From Thermoleophilaceae bacterium (lineage in GTDB: Bacteria > Actinomycetota > Thermoleophilia > Solirubrobacterales > Thermoleophilaceae), in contig JBPCKX010000083.1 of assembly GCA_051003875.1 (NCBI GenBank), positions 1-50,098 of the forward strand: a DNA stretch of 50,098 bases, read 5' to 3'. The notes beneath the pieces are model-generated. The model did not search any database. It was given only the letters and a program-made list of their open reading frames with translations, and had not been told where the DNA came from. A program made the translations under genes and the position numbers. Each line of letters starts with the position of its first letter. The stretch's first letter is position 1. Positions 17,623 to 27,104 of the stretch are shown in pieces.

Positions 17623-18384
17623 TCAGGCTCGCTCCAGCTCGTCGCGCAGTGCCGCCAGCGACGTGCGGATGAGTCGCGACACGTGCATCTGCGAGAGCCC
17701 GACGCGTTCGGCGATCTGCGTCTGCAGCAGCCCCTGCTCGAAGCGCATCAGCAGGATCTCGCGCTCGCGCGCGGGGAGGCGGCCGAGCGCGGGCGCGAGC
17801 GCGCTGCGGTCGTCCGTGCGCGCGTACCCGTCGTCCTCCTCCCCGATCGCGTCCAGCGGGTCGGGACCGTCCTCCTGGGCGGGGGGCGACAGCGACAGGG
17901 TGGTGTAGGCCGAGCGAACCTCGATCGCCTCGATCACGTTCTCGGGCGTCGTGTCGAGGGCGTCGGCGATCTCGGAGATCCGCGGGGAGCGGCCGAGCTT
18001 CGAGGTCATCGCGGCGATCGTCGTCGAGATCTTCGCGTTCAGCTCCTGCAGCGAGCGCGGCACGCGCAGGCCCCAACTGCTGTCGCGGAAGTGACGCTTG
18101 ATCTCCCCGACGATCGTCGGGGTGGCATAGGTGGGCAGCGACACCCCACGCTCGAGCTGGAAGCGATCGATCGCCTTGAGCAACCCGATCGACGCGACCT
18201 GCTCGATGTCGTCGAGCGACTCGCCGCGGTTGGCGTAGCGTCGCGCGAGCGAGCGCACGAGCGGCAGGTGTCGTTTCACGAGCGCCTCGCGCGCGCCCTC
18301 GTCTCCGTGGCCGTGATAGCGACGCAGCAGGTCGCGATCGTCGTCGGGCGGGTCTGCCCGCGCGCTGAGGTCGCCGGCGTTCAC
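17623..18384 (-). CDS. RNA polymerase sigma factor, SigB/SigF family (group 3)
   Basis: 253 aa with region 2 (LVRSLARRYANRGESLDDIEQVASIGLLKAIDRF...YATPTIVGEIKRHFRD), region 3 and region 4.2 HTH (TQIAERVGLSQMHVSRLIRTSL). Confidence 0.85.
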   Translation of the reverse strand: MNAGDLSARADPPDDDRDLLRRYHGHGDEGAREALVKRHLPLVRSLARRYANRGESLDDIEQVASIGLLKAIDRFQLERGVSLPTYATPTIVGEIKRHFRDSSWGLRVPRSLQELNAKISTTIAAMTSKLGRSPRISEIADALDTTPENVIEAIEVRSAYTTLSLSPPAQEDGPDPLDAIGEEDDGYARTDDRSALAPALGRLPAREREILLMRFEQGLLQTQIAERVGLSQMHVSRLIRTSLAALRDELERA

Positions 18385-18776
18385 GCGGGCCTTGCGACCA
18401 GCTTGTCGAGCCTGACGATCACGTCGCCGCCGTCGAGGGGCTCGACGCCGAAGGAGTCGACGACCGTGGTCAGGATGCGCCGCAGCGTGAGGGTGCCCGG
18501 CGCGCGCTCGGGATGCTGCAGCGCATCGGCCATGCCGGCCTCGCGCAGCGGGCCGATCCAGACCCGGATCCCGTCCTCCCGCAACTCGAACGTGAGCCTC
18601 ACCCGTCCCTCGTGGCCGGCCTCCACGAGCAGCCGCTCGATCGCGAGCTGGAGATCGTCCATCGCCTCGAACCCGAAGTCCGCACGCTCGGCGATGCCGC
18701 CCACGATCAGCCGCAGCGCGGGCGCGAACGCCGCGTCGAGGGGCGCCTCGAGCGCGACCTGCTCAGGCGCGGGCAT
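18381..18776 (-). CDS. putative anti-sigma factor (RsbW/UsfX-like position; HATPase-like N-terminal pattern only)
   Basis: 131 aa, with a 4-nt overlap onto the sigma gene start. LRLIVGGIAERADFGFEAMDDLQLAIERLLVEAGHEG resembles the first helices of RsbW-type anti-sigma kinases. I could not see G1/G2 ATP-lid motifs. Confidence 0.45.
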   Translation of the reverse strand: MPAPEQVALEAPLDAAFAPALRLIVGGIAERADFGFEAMDDLQLAIERLLVEAGHEGRVRLTFELREDGIRVWIGPLREAGMADALQHPERAPGTLTLRRILTTVVDSFGVEPLDGGDVIVRLDKLVARPA

Positions 18777-20208
18777 CAGCGACCGTACCCCACCCCACGA
18801 CGAGGTCCCCCGCCATCAGGCAGCCCGTCTGGCCGGGCGCCGCCGCCCGCACCGAGCGCCCGAGCCCGAGCCGGGCGCGGGCGTGGGTGCCCGCCGCGAG
18901 CCCCGCCGGTGCGCTGCAGGGCACGGGCGGCGCGTGGTAGCGCAGCCGCACCGCGCCGACGCGGCTCGAGGGTCGGTGGAGCTCGACCGGGCAGAGCGCG
19001 ACGGTGTCGGTCAGCAGCTCGCTGCGAGGCCCGACGATGACCCGGTTGCGGCGCGCGTCCTTGCCCAGCACGTAGAGCGGCTCGCTCGCGGCGACGCCGA
19101 TCCGGCGGCGCTGCCCGACGGTGAAGGCGTGGTGCCCCTCGTGGCGGCCGAGCACGGTCCCCTCGCGGTCGACGATCTCCCCGTGGGAGCGGAGCGCACG
19201 CGGAGCGTGACGGCGCATGAAAGAGCGCGTGTCGCCGCCGGCGAGGAAGCAGAGGTCCTGGCTCTCTGGCCGGTCGGCCACCGCCAGCCCGGCGGCGCGC
19301 GCGAGCTCCCGCACGCGCGGCTTCTCGAGCTCGCCGAGCGGGAACCGCAGCCGCTCGAGCTCGTCGCCGCGCAGCCGCGCGAGCACGTAGCTCTGGTCCT
19401 TGCCGGCGTCCGCCGCCGCGCGTACGAGCGGACCGTTGCCGTCGTCGCCGATGCGGGCGTAGTGACCCGTGACCAGGCGCTCCGCGCCGAGCCGGCCGGC
19501 GAGCGCGAGCATCGAGTCGAAGCGCACCGCGCCGTTGCACCCGACGCACGGGTTGGGTGTGCGTCCGCCGGCGTAGCCGGAGAGGAACTCGTCGACCACG
19601 GTCGCGCGGAACCGCTCGCGCAGGTCGAGCGTGAAGTGCGGGATGCCCATCCCGTGCGCGAGCGCCCGCGCGCCGGTCACGGCCTGGGGCGAGCAGCAGC
19701 TTCGCTCCCCGTCCGTGGCGGGATCGGACCAAAGCTCGAGCGTAACCGCTACGACCTCGTCGCCGCCCGCGAGCGCGAGCTGCGCCGCGGCCGCGCTGTC
19801 GACGCCGCCGCTCATCGCCACGAGCGCGCGAAGCGGGCTGTGCGGGAGGCGGGCGGCCCCGTCGCGCGCGGCCATCCCGAGCGCGCGGTGAAGCGCGTCG
19901 GCCGCGAGCTCCGCGGCGTGGCCGGCCGCGGGGCTGAGGCCGCCGAGCTCAGCCGCGAGCGCCGCGGGCGTGATCCTCGCCGCGTCGAGCAGGGGGGCGC
20001 CCCGGAGCAGCTCGACGGCCGCGCTGCCGGCGGCCACGGCGGCCGCGCAGCCACGCGCCTCGAAGCCCGCCTCGGCCACGACCGGCCCGTCGAGGCGGAC
20101 GGCGACCCGGATCAGGTCGCCGCAGGCGGCACCCCCGGCAGCACCGGCGTGGGGCGAGCGCGCGAGCGCGCCACGCCCGCGCGGATGGTCGACATGGTCG
20201 CGCAGCAT
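18763..20208 (-). CDS. mnmA: IscU/NifU-N-like domain fused to tRNA 2-thiouridylase MnmA
   Basis: N-terminal roughly 120 aa: MLRDHVDHPRGRG...AACGDLIRV...FEARGCAAAVAAGS...GHAAELAADALHRAL (IscU pattern). This is followed by the PP-loop SGGVDS, PNPCVGCN and ESQDLCF of MnmA. The ORF track begins at GTG 20241; ATG 20208 fits the IscU N-terminus better. Confidence 0.85.
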   Translation of the reverse strand: MLRDHVDHPRGRGALARSPHAGAAGGAACGDLIRVAVRLDGPVVAEAGFEARGCAAAVAAGSAAVELLRGAPLLDAARITPAALAAELGGLSPAAGHAAELAADALHRALGMAARDGAARLPHSPLRALVAMSGGVDSAAAAQLALAGGDEVVAVTLELWSDPATDGERSCCSPQAVTGARALAHGMGIPHFTLDLRERFRATVVDEFLSGYAGGRTPNPCVGCNGAVRFDSMLALAGRLGAERLVTGHYARIGDDGNGPLVRAAADAGKDQSYVLARLRGDELERLRFPLGELEKPRVRELARAAGLAVADRPESQDLCFLAGGDTRSFMRRHAPRALRSHGEIVDREGTVLGRHEGHHAFTVGQRRRIGVAASEPLYVLGKDARRNRVIVGPRSELLTDTVALCPVELHRPSSRVGAVRLRYHAPPVPCSAPAGLAAGTHARARLGLGRSVRAAAPGQTGCLMAGDLVVGWGTVADARA

Positions 20209-20468
20209 GACGCCTGCGTGGGATGCGGTGCGAGGGCTCACGGGGCCAGCTTAGGGCTCGCTGGGTGAGTAGAAGCTCCAGCTTGCCGTTGCCGACTCGG
20301 GAGTTGGGCCTGCGTGTGCAAGCTTGGGTGTCCTCCGGAGCGCCACCTGGCGGCGAAACGCCTGGCACGTCCCGAGTCGGACTCCCATCCCGGTGTTGTT
20401 GGCTCAACGTGATGGGCCGGCTGGCGTACAAGCTAGAGCTTGCAGCGAACGCTACCAGGCCCGTTCGA

Positions 20469-22234
<1,766 letters not shown>

Positions 22235-22250
<16 letters not shown>

Positions 22251-22290
22251 GCGGCGAGGCTGTCGCAGGTCGGCGTGCTCACGCGGCGAG
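22235..22290. repeat. perfect 24-bp direct duplication across the hisS stop / aspS start junction
   Basis: aggtcggcgtgctcacgcggcgag occurs at 22235-22258 and 22267-22290 (period 32 bp). Copy 2 holds the hisS TGA, embedded in GTGA. Copy 1 holds the aspS GTG start. Confidence 0.9.
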
Positions 22291-23520
22291 CCCGACCGCG
22301 ATCCGGACCGCCTCCTGGACGCCGCTCACCGGCCGCTGCTCGCCGCTGTCCATGTCCCGCCACTCGATCCCCTCCCCGACGATCGCCACCGCGCGCGCCT
22401 CGATGCGCGCCGCGTGCTTCATCTGGCCCTTCAACGAGCGACCGGCCTGTTCGACCTCGGATCGTACCCCCGCCTCGCGCAGGGCGGTCACGAGCCCGAA
22501 CGCCGCCCGCCGCGCGCCTGCCGCGTCGATCGCCACGAAGACGGGCCGAGGCGTTCGCGGGAAACGGCTCTCGGAGGCGAGCAGGATCCGCTCTATACCG
22601 GCCGCCCAGCCGACCCCGGCGGTCGCCGGCCCCCCGAGCTCCTCGACGAGCCCGTCGTAGCGGCCACCACCGCCGACGCCGGACTGGGCGCCGAGCCTGT
22701 CGCTCTCGAACTCGAACACCGTGCGGGTGTAGTAGTCGAGCCCGCGCACCAGCGTCGGGTCCACCTCGTAGCCGAGGCCCGCGTCGTCGAGCAGCTCGCG
22801 CACCTCGGCGAAGTGCTCGGCGTCCTCCGGAGCGAGCCGGTCGAGCAGGCGCGGGGCGCCCGCCATGACAGCGCGGGTCCGCTCGTGGGTCGCATCGAAC
22901 GCGCGCAGCGGGTTCTGTGTGATGCGTCCGCGCACCTCCTCCGAGAGCTCGCCCTCGTGCTCGCGCAGATAGCCCTGCAGCTCGGCGAGATACGCCTCGC
23001 GGCTCGCGCGTGACCCGAGGCTCGACAGCTTGAGCCTCGCCCCCTTTACCCCGGCCGCCTCGAGCAGCTCGGCCAGCAGCAGCACCGACTCGGCGTCGAG
23101 TGAGGGGTCGTCGGAGCCGAGCGCCTCGATGCCGACCTGCGCGAACTGGCGGTAGCGGCCCGCCTGGGCGCGCTCGTGACGGAAGAACGGTCCCCAGTAC
23201 CAGAGCTTCACCGGCTGCGGAAGCCGGTGCATCCCGTGCTCGACGTAGGCGCGGCAGACCGGCGCCGTCCCCTCCGGGCGCAGGGTGAGCGAGCGCCCCC
23301 CCTGGTCCTCGAAGCAGAACATCTCCTTGCGCACGATGTCGGTCGAGTCCCCCACCCCGCGCCTGAAGAGCTCCGTGTCCTCGAGGACCGGCGTCTCGAA
23401 CGGGCGGTAGCCGGCGCGGCCGATCACCGCCCAGGCGCGCCGGTGCAGCTCGCGGCGCTTGAGCGCGTCGTCGGAGAGGACGTCGAAGGTGCCCCGCGGG
23501 GCCTGAAGCCTGGGGGCCAC
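22279..23520 (-). CDS. hisS: histidine--tRNA ligase
   Basis: 413 aa with class II motifs (LRPEGTAPV; FRHERAQAGRYRQF; GGGGRYDGL) and an anticodon-binding C-terminal domain. Confidence 0.95.
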   Translation of the reverse strand: MAPRLQAPRGTFDVLSDDALKRRELHRRAWAVIGRAGYRPFETPVLEDTELFRRGVGDSTDIVRKEMFCFEDQGGRSLTLRPEGTAPVCRAYVEHGMHRLPQPVKLWYWGPFFRHERAQAGRYRQFAQVGIEALGSDDPSLDAESVLLLAELLEAAGVKGARLKLSSLGSRASREAYLAELQGYLREHEGELSEEVRGRITQNPLRAFDATHERTRAVMAGAPRLLDRLAPEDAEHFAEVRELLDDAGLGYEVDPTLVRGLDYYTRTVFEFESDRLGAQSGVGGGGRYDGLVEELGGPATAGVGWAAGIERILLASESRFPRTPRPVFVAIDAAGARRAAFGLVTALREAGVRSEVEQAGRSLKGQMKHAARIEARAVAIVGEGIEWRDMDSGEQRPVSGVQEAVRIAVGLAA

Positions 23521-23527
23521 CGCGGAC

Positions 23528-24166
23528 CTACTGGGCCGGCTCGGTGAGGAACGGGTTCGTCGCCTGCTCGGCGGCGAGCGTCGTGATGCCCATGTGGCCC
23601 GGGTAGACGGCCGTCTCGCCGGGGAGCGCGCCGAGCAGCATGTGGATCGAGTCGAGCAGGGTCCGCCCGTCGCCGCCGGGGAGGTCGGTGCGGCCGATCG
23701 AGCCCTCGAACAGCACGTCGCCGGAGAAGAGGGCGCCCTCGTCGGCGATCGAGTAGCTCACGTGGCCGGGGCTGTGCCCGGGAGTGAAGAGGACATCGAT
23801 CTCAAAGCCGGCGAGCTCGAGCCGCTCGCCGCCGGCGAGCGTGTGCTCGGCCTCCCAGCTCTCGAACGGGCCGAACGCCTGCCCGGGGACGAAGCGGTTG
23901 ATGTCGGCGAGCACGAACCGCTCGAGCTCGGGGACCCAGACCTCGGCTCCCGTCGCCTCGGCGACCGGCGCCACCGCCCCGACGTGGTCGAAGTGCGTGT
24001 GCGTCAGCAGGATCGCTTCGACCTTCACCCCCAGCTCCCGCACCGCGTCGAGCAACTTCGGCGCCTCCTCCCCCGGGTCGATCATCAGCGCGCGATCGTC
24101 GCCCGCGCGCCACAGCAGGAAGCAGTTCTCCCGCACCGGGCCGACGGTGAACATACGGACTTCCAT
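23528..24166 (-). CDS. MBL-fold metallo-hydrolase (glyoxalase II-like)
   Basis: 212 aa with HTHFDHVG (HxHxDH), TPGHSPGH and GHMG motifs. Confidence 0.85.
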   Translation of the reverse strand: MEVRMFTVGPVRENCFLLWRAGDDRALMIDPGEEAPKLLDAVRELGVKVEAILLTHTHFDHVGAVAPVAEATGAEVWVPELERFVLADINRFVPGQAFGPFESWEAEHTLAGGERLELAGFEIDVLFTPGHSPGHVSYSIADEGALFSGDVLFEGSIGRTDLPGGDGRTLLDSIHMLLGALPGETAVYPGHMGITTLAAEQATNPFLTEPAQ

Positions 24167-24249
24167 CGTCTCCTCAGCCTAACCGGAGCGGGCGGGGGCC
24201 CAGTTGCCCGGCTCTTCGCCGGCGAACCCGAAGCCCGCCGCGGGGCCGC

Positions 24250-24338
24250 CACCGGCCGAGGTTATGACCACCCCTCGGGCGAAAGCTCGGCAGCTCAGCG
24301 CCCGGCCCGCACCGGCCGAGGTTGTGCCCACCCCTCGG
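24250..24338. repeat. intergenic 60-bp repeat family, locus 1 (about 1.5 tandem units)
   Basis: caccggccgaggttatgaccacccctcgg gcgaaag ctcggcagctcagc (24250-24299), then caccggccgaggttgtgcccacccctcgg (24310-24338). The core hairpin is CCGAGG-N11-CCTCGG. Copy 1 is 46/50 identical to 45816-45865. Confidence 0.85.
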
Positions 24339-24403
24339 CGAGACCGCGGTGGCTCGCCCGGGGTCGACGCTCGGCACGCCCCGGCCGCCACGCTCCCGCC
24401 TGC

Positions 24404-24745
24404 TCAGGAACGTTTGCGCTGCCGGTAGCGGTAGATCGCGGAGTCGGTCGCGTAGCCGAGCGGGATGTAGAGGACGAACATGAAGGCGGCGAGCGCGAGT
24501 CCCTGGCCCGTTTTCTTCCCGAACGCGACCACCACCAGCAGGCCGAAGACCGCGGCGGCGATCGCCGCGCGGGTGACCGCGCCGCGCCAGGTCGGCTCCC
24601 GGTCGAGTCGCTCGGCGCGGCGCTCGCGCGCACCCTGCTTCGCATCGGCGCGGGTGGGTGTGCGCCCGCTGCGGGCGGGGCGCTCGACGGTACCCGCCGG
24701 CGTGCCGCGGTGCTTGCGCTTGCGTTTGTTCTTAGCCTGGGCCAT
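24404..24745 (-). CDS. small basic membrane protein, hypothetical
   Basis: 113 aa: Lys/Arg-rich N-terminus (AQAKNKRKRKHRG) followed by two hydrophobic helices. No domain recognised. Confidence 0.55.
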   Translation of the reverse strand: MAQAKNKRKRKHRGTPAGTVERPARSGRTPTRADAKQGARERRAERLDREPTWRGAVTRAAIAAAVFGLLVVVAFGKKTGQGLALAAFMFVLYIPLGYATDSAIYRYRQRKRS

Positions 24746-24909
24746 CGCTGCTCAGTCAAGCGAGCCTAAGGGCCCGCGAATCAATAACTGCGCGGTTTGG
24801 ATACCCGCCCGCGGCGCCAGTCGCCACCCGCTCGCTCGCAGTAGCGCTGCTACTGCTCCGCTCCCGTGCGGCGTCTGGCATCCCCGGATCGGGCGCCCAA
24901 ACCACTCAC

Positions 24910-25815
24910 CTATTTCTTCGCGGACCCTAACGCGTTCTCGAGCAGATGCCGCTCCGGCGAGAACCCGCGCAGCGGAACGTCGTCAGGGAAGCCCTCGAAC
25001 GCCGCCTGCGGCGCGAGCCCGACGAGCTCGCACTCCGCAACCTCACCGCGCGCGCGGACGGCCTCGACGATCGCGCGCAACGGCGTGGCCCGGTGGTCAT
25101 GCACGTTCGTGGAGACCTGGGCACGGCCGCGCCGCTCGAGGTGGAGCCCGATCGCCCGTACGCCCGGCAGCCCGCCGCCCGCCTCGCGCAGATCGGCGGC
25201 GATCGCCCGCGCGAGCTCGACGTCGCCGCCCGCGAGGTCGAGGTTGAAGGCGACCAGCGGAGGGCGGGCGGTGGCGAGCACCGCGCCCGCGGTCGGGTGG
25301 ATCCGCGCCGGGCCGAAGTCGGGAGCCACCTCGCCGGCCGCGATCCGCCCGGCGAGCGCGCGCCACCCACCGGCGCGCAGCCAGGCGCGCTCGCGCTGCT
25401 CGGGGCGGGTGGCGAGCTCGCCATAGAGGAAGACCGGCAACTCGAGCTCGGCGCCGATCCGCGCCGCGGCGGCGAGCGCCTCGGCGATCGCGGACCCGCG
25501 CTCGGACTCCTCGCGGTAGACGACCGGCATCACGTCGAGCGCGCCGACATGCGGGTGAATGCCCTGGTGGCGGGTCAGGTCGATCGCCTCGACCGCCGCC
25601 GCGGCACCGGCCACGAGCGCATCGGAGAGCACGCCCTGGCGCGCCGCGAGCGTGTAGACCGAGCGGCCGTGGTCGGCATCGCTGTGGATGTCGAGCAGGC
25701 GCGCGCCGACGAAGCCACCCTCGACCTCCACGATCGCGCCCTCGTCGCGCCCCTCGCTCACGTTCGGCACGGCGACCAGCAGGGAGCCCTCGTCCTCGAG
25801 CTCCGTGACCGCCAT
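24910..25815 (-). CDS. glutamate formimidoyltransferase (FTCD N-terminal type)
   Basis: LVAVPNVSEGRD...LLDIHSDADHGRSVYTL...HPHVGALDVMP...VFLYGELA...PDFGP...HPTAGAVLATARPPLVAFN is the formiminotransferase pattern. The preferred start is ATG 25815; the ORF track starts at 25899. Confidence 0.8.
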   Translation of the reverse strand: MAVTELEDEGSLLVAVPNVSEGRDEGAIVEVEGGFVGARLLDIHSDADHGRSVYTLAARQGVLSDALVAGAAAAVEAIDLTRHQGIHPHVGALDVMPVVYREESERGSAIAEALAAAARIGAELELPVFLYGELATRPEQRERAWLRAGGWRALAGRIAAGEVAPDFGPARIHPTAGAVLATARPPLVAFNLDLAGGDVELARAIAADLREAGGGLPGVRAIGLHLERRGRAQVSTNVHDHRATPLRAIVEAVRARGEVAECELVGLAPQAAFEGFPDDVPLRGFSPERHLLENALGSAKK

Positions 25816-25943
25816 CGGGGCAGTATCGCCGCTGGCGGCACGCTGGGCCACCGCCGGGCGGGCCAGGACGGGCTGCGCGGGCCGCGCCGCGGGTCGCAAC
25901 GGGCCCGGGCGGCGCGGCCGGTACGGGTTATCCTCGGAGGCGC

Positions 25944-26017
25944 GGCTCCGTAGCTCAGCGGTTTAGAGCGCTCCACTCATAATGGAGAGGTCGGTGGTTC
26001 GATTCCACCCGGAGCTA
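25944..26017 (+). tRNA. tRNA-Met (anticodon CAT), elongator type; tRNA-Ile2 (lysidine) not excluded
   Basis: Manual cloverleaf: acceptor GGCTCCG/CGAGGCT read as GGCTCCG pairing with CGGAGCT (G1-U72 wobble), D stem GCTC/GAGC, anticodon stem CTCCA/TGGAG with loop CTCATAA, T arm GGTGG-TTCGATT-CCACC, discriminator A. No encoded CCA. Lacks the three G-C pairs of an initiator anticodon stem. Confidence 0.9.
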
Positions 26018-26145
26018 TCGCTTCTAGAGCGGTATGCCACGCCTCACCGAGACTCAGCCAGGGGCCCGGCCGACCAAGCCCGGCGCGGCGCCGGCGCTGA
26101 CCGGCCTCACCGCAGAAGAGTCCACAAGGAGCGAAAACCGCGGGG

Positions 26146-26174
26146 TTGACAGCGGCCGACGCCGGCGGTGAAGC
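26146..26174 (+). promoter_or_regulatory. candidate promoter of the hydrolase-halogenase-KAS cassette
   Basis: Perfect TTGACA at 26146-26151, then a 17-nt spacer and a weak -10 (tgaagc, 26169-26174), with ATG 9 nt later. This would give a short or absent leader. The -10 is poor. Confidence 0.25.
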
Positions 26175-26183
26175 TGCGCCCTC

Positions 26184-27104
26184 ATGGCTGTGGACTGGAC
26201 ATTCGGGGGCCTGTGGCCCTACGAGCCGCGCTGGTTCGACACTCCGGAGGGGCGGATGCACTACGTGGATGAGGGGCCTCGCGACGGCCGCTGCGTCGTA
26301 CTGCTCCACGGCAACGCCACGTGGGGCTTCCTCTACCGGAACTTCATCTCCGCGCTCGTCGAGCGGGGGCATCGCGCGATCGTCCCGGACCATCTCGGGT
26401 TCGGTCGTTCCGACAAGCCTTCCGAGCCGGGGCCCTACCGGCTCGACCTCCACATCCGCCGGCTCGACGCGCTGCTCGAGTCACTCGACCTGCGCAACGC
26501 GACCGTGGTCTTCGCGGAGTGGGGCGCGGCGATCGGCCTGGGCTGGGTCACGGCCCACCCGGACCGGGTGGGGCGCCTGCTGGTACTGAACTCGCCGTAC
26601 CCCGAGCGGCCAGCCGGCAAGGTCAGGCTGCCCCCACCGATCTACCTCTTCCGCGCGCCGCTGATAGGGACGCTGGTTGTGAAGGGCCTGGGGGCGTTCA
26701 CCAAAGGCTTCCTCTTCAACGCGAGCATGGTGCACAAGGAGCGGCTGACGCGGGAGCTAAAGCGGGCCTATCTGGCGCCGCACCGGAACTGGAAGAGCCG
26801 GACCGGCGTGCTCGCCTTCCCTCGCCAGATCCCGCGCGGGCCCGACGACCTGGCGTCAAGGCTGGGCGAGGAGGCGCAGCGCGGCCTCGCGCCCTTCCGC
26901 CGGCGCCCGGTCAGAATCATGTGGGCAATGCGGGATGTCTCGTTCTCGGAGGATGTGCTAGACCAGTGGACGGCGCTGCTCCCGAACGCGACGGTCACCC
27001 GGATCGAGGACGCCGGTCATTGCCTTCAGGAAGATGCACACGAGCGGATCGTCCCGGAGCTGCTGGACCTCGTAAGCCATGATGTCGGGGGAGCACCCGA
27101 GTAG
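26184..27104 (+). CDS. alpha/beta hydrolase, haloalkane-dehalogenase-like fold (Glu at the nucleophile position)
   Basis: 306 aa: VLLHGNATWGFLYRN (HGNPT-like), VVFAEWGAAIGLGW where HLDs have (I/V)HDWG, and C-terminal AGHCLQEDAHERI (catalytic His motif). Confidence 0.8.
   Translation: MAVDWTFGGLWPYEPRWFDTPEGRMHYVDEGPRDGRCVVLLHGNATWGFLYRNFISALVERGHRAIVPDHLGFGRSDKPSEPGPYRLDLHIRRLDALLESLDLRNATVVFAEWGAAIGLGWVTAHPDRVGRLLVLNSPYPERPAGKVRLPPPIYLFRAPLIGTLVVKGLGAFTKGFLFNASMVHKERLTRELKRAYLAPHRNWKSRTGVLAFPRQIPRGPDDLASRLGEEAQRGLAPFRRRPVRIMWAMRDVSFSEDVLDQWTALLPNATVTRIEDAGHCLQEDAHERIVPELLDLVSHDVGGAPE

Noticed and set aside
20209-20468. Known small RNAs (SRP/4.5S RNA, 6S RNA) in the aspS-mnmA spacer.
   Set aside because: There is no GGAAG.AGCA-type SRP domain IV motif, and the region does not form the long interrupted rod with a central bubble expected for 6S RNA. 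It is kept only as an unclassified structured region.
22251-23527. T-box leaders for the aminoacyl-tRNA synthetase genes (aspS, hisS, alaS).
   Set aside because: Spacers upstream of aspS (28 nt), hisS (7 nt) and alaS (overlap) are far too short for a roughly 200-nt T-box.
24250-24338. CRISPR array interpretation of the 60-bp, 29-bp and 21-bp tandem repeats.
   Set aside because: Only 1.3 to 3 units are present each. The repeats are contiguous or nearly so, without unique spacers of 25-40 bp, and no cas genes are in the window.
24174-24391. Small ORFs (67-74 aa) spanning the 60-bp repeats, giving repeated peptides such as PRGGHNLGR.
   Set aside because: The periodic peptide simply mirrors the DNA repeat. 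The same repeat at 45791-45870 is intergenic, there are no start or RBS signals, and multiple frames are open.
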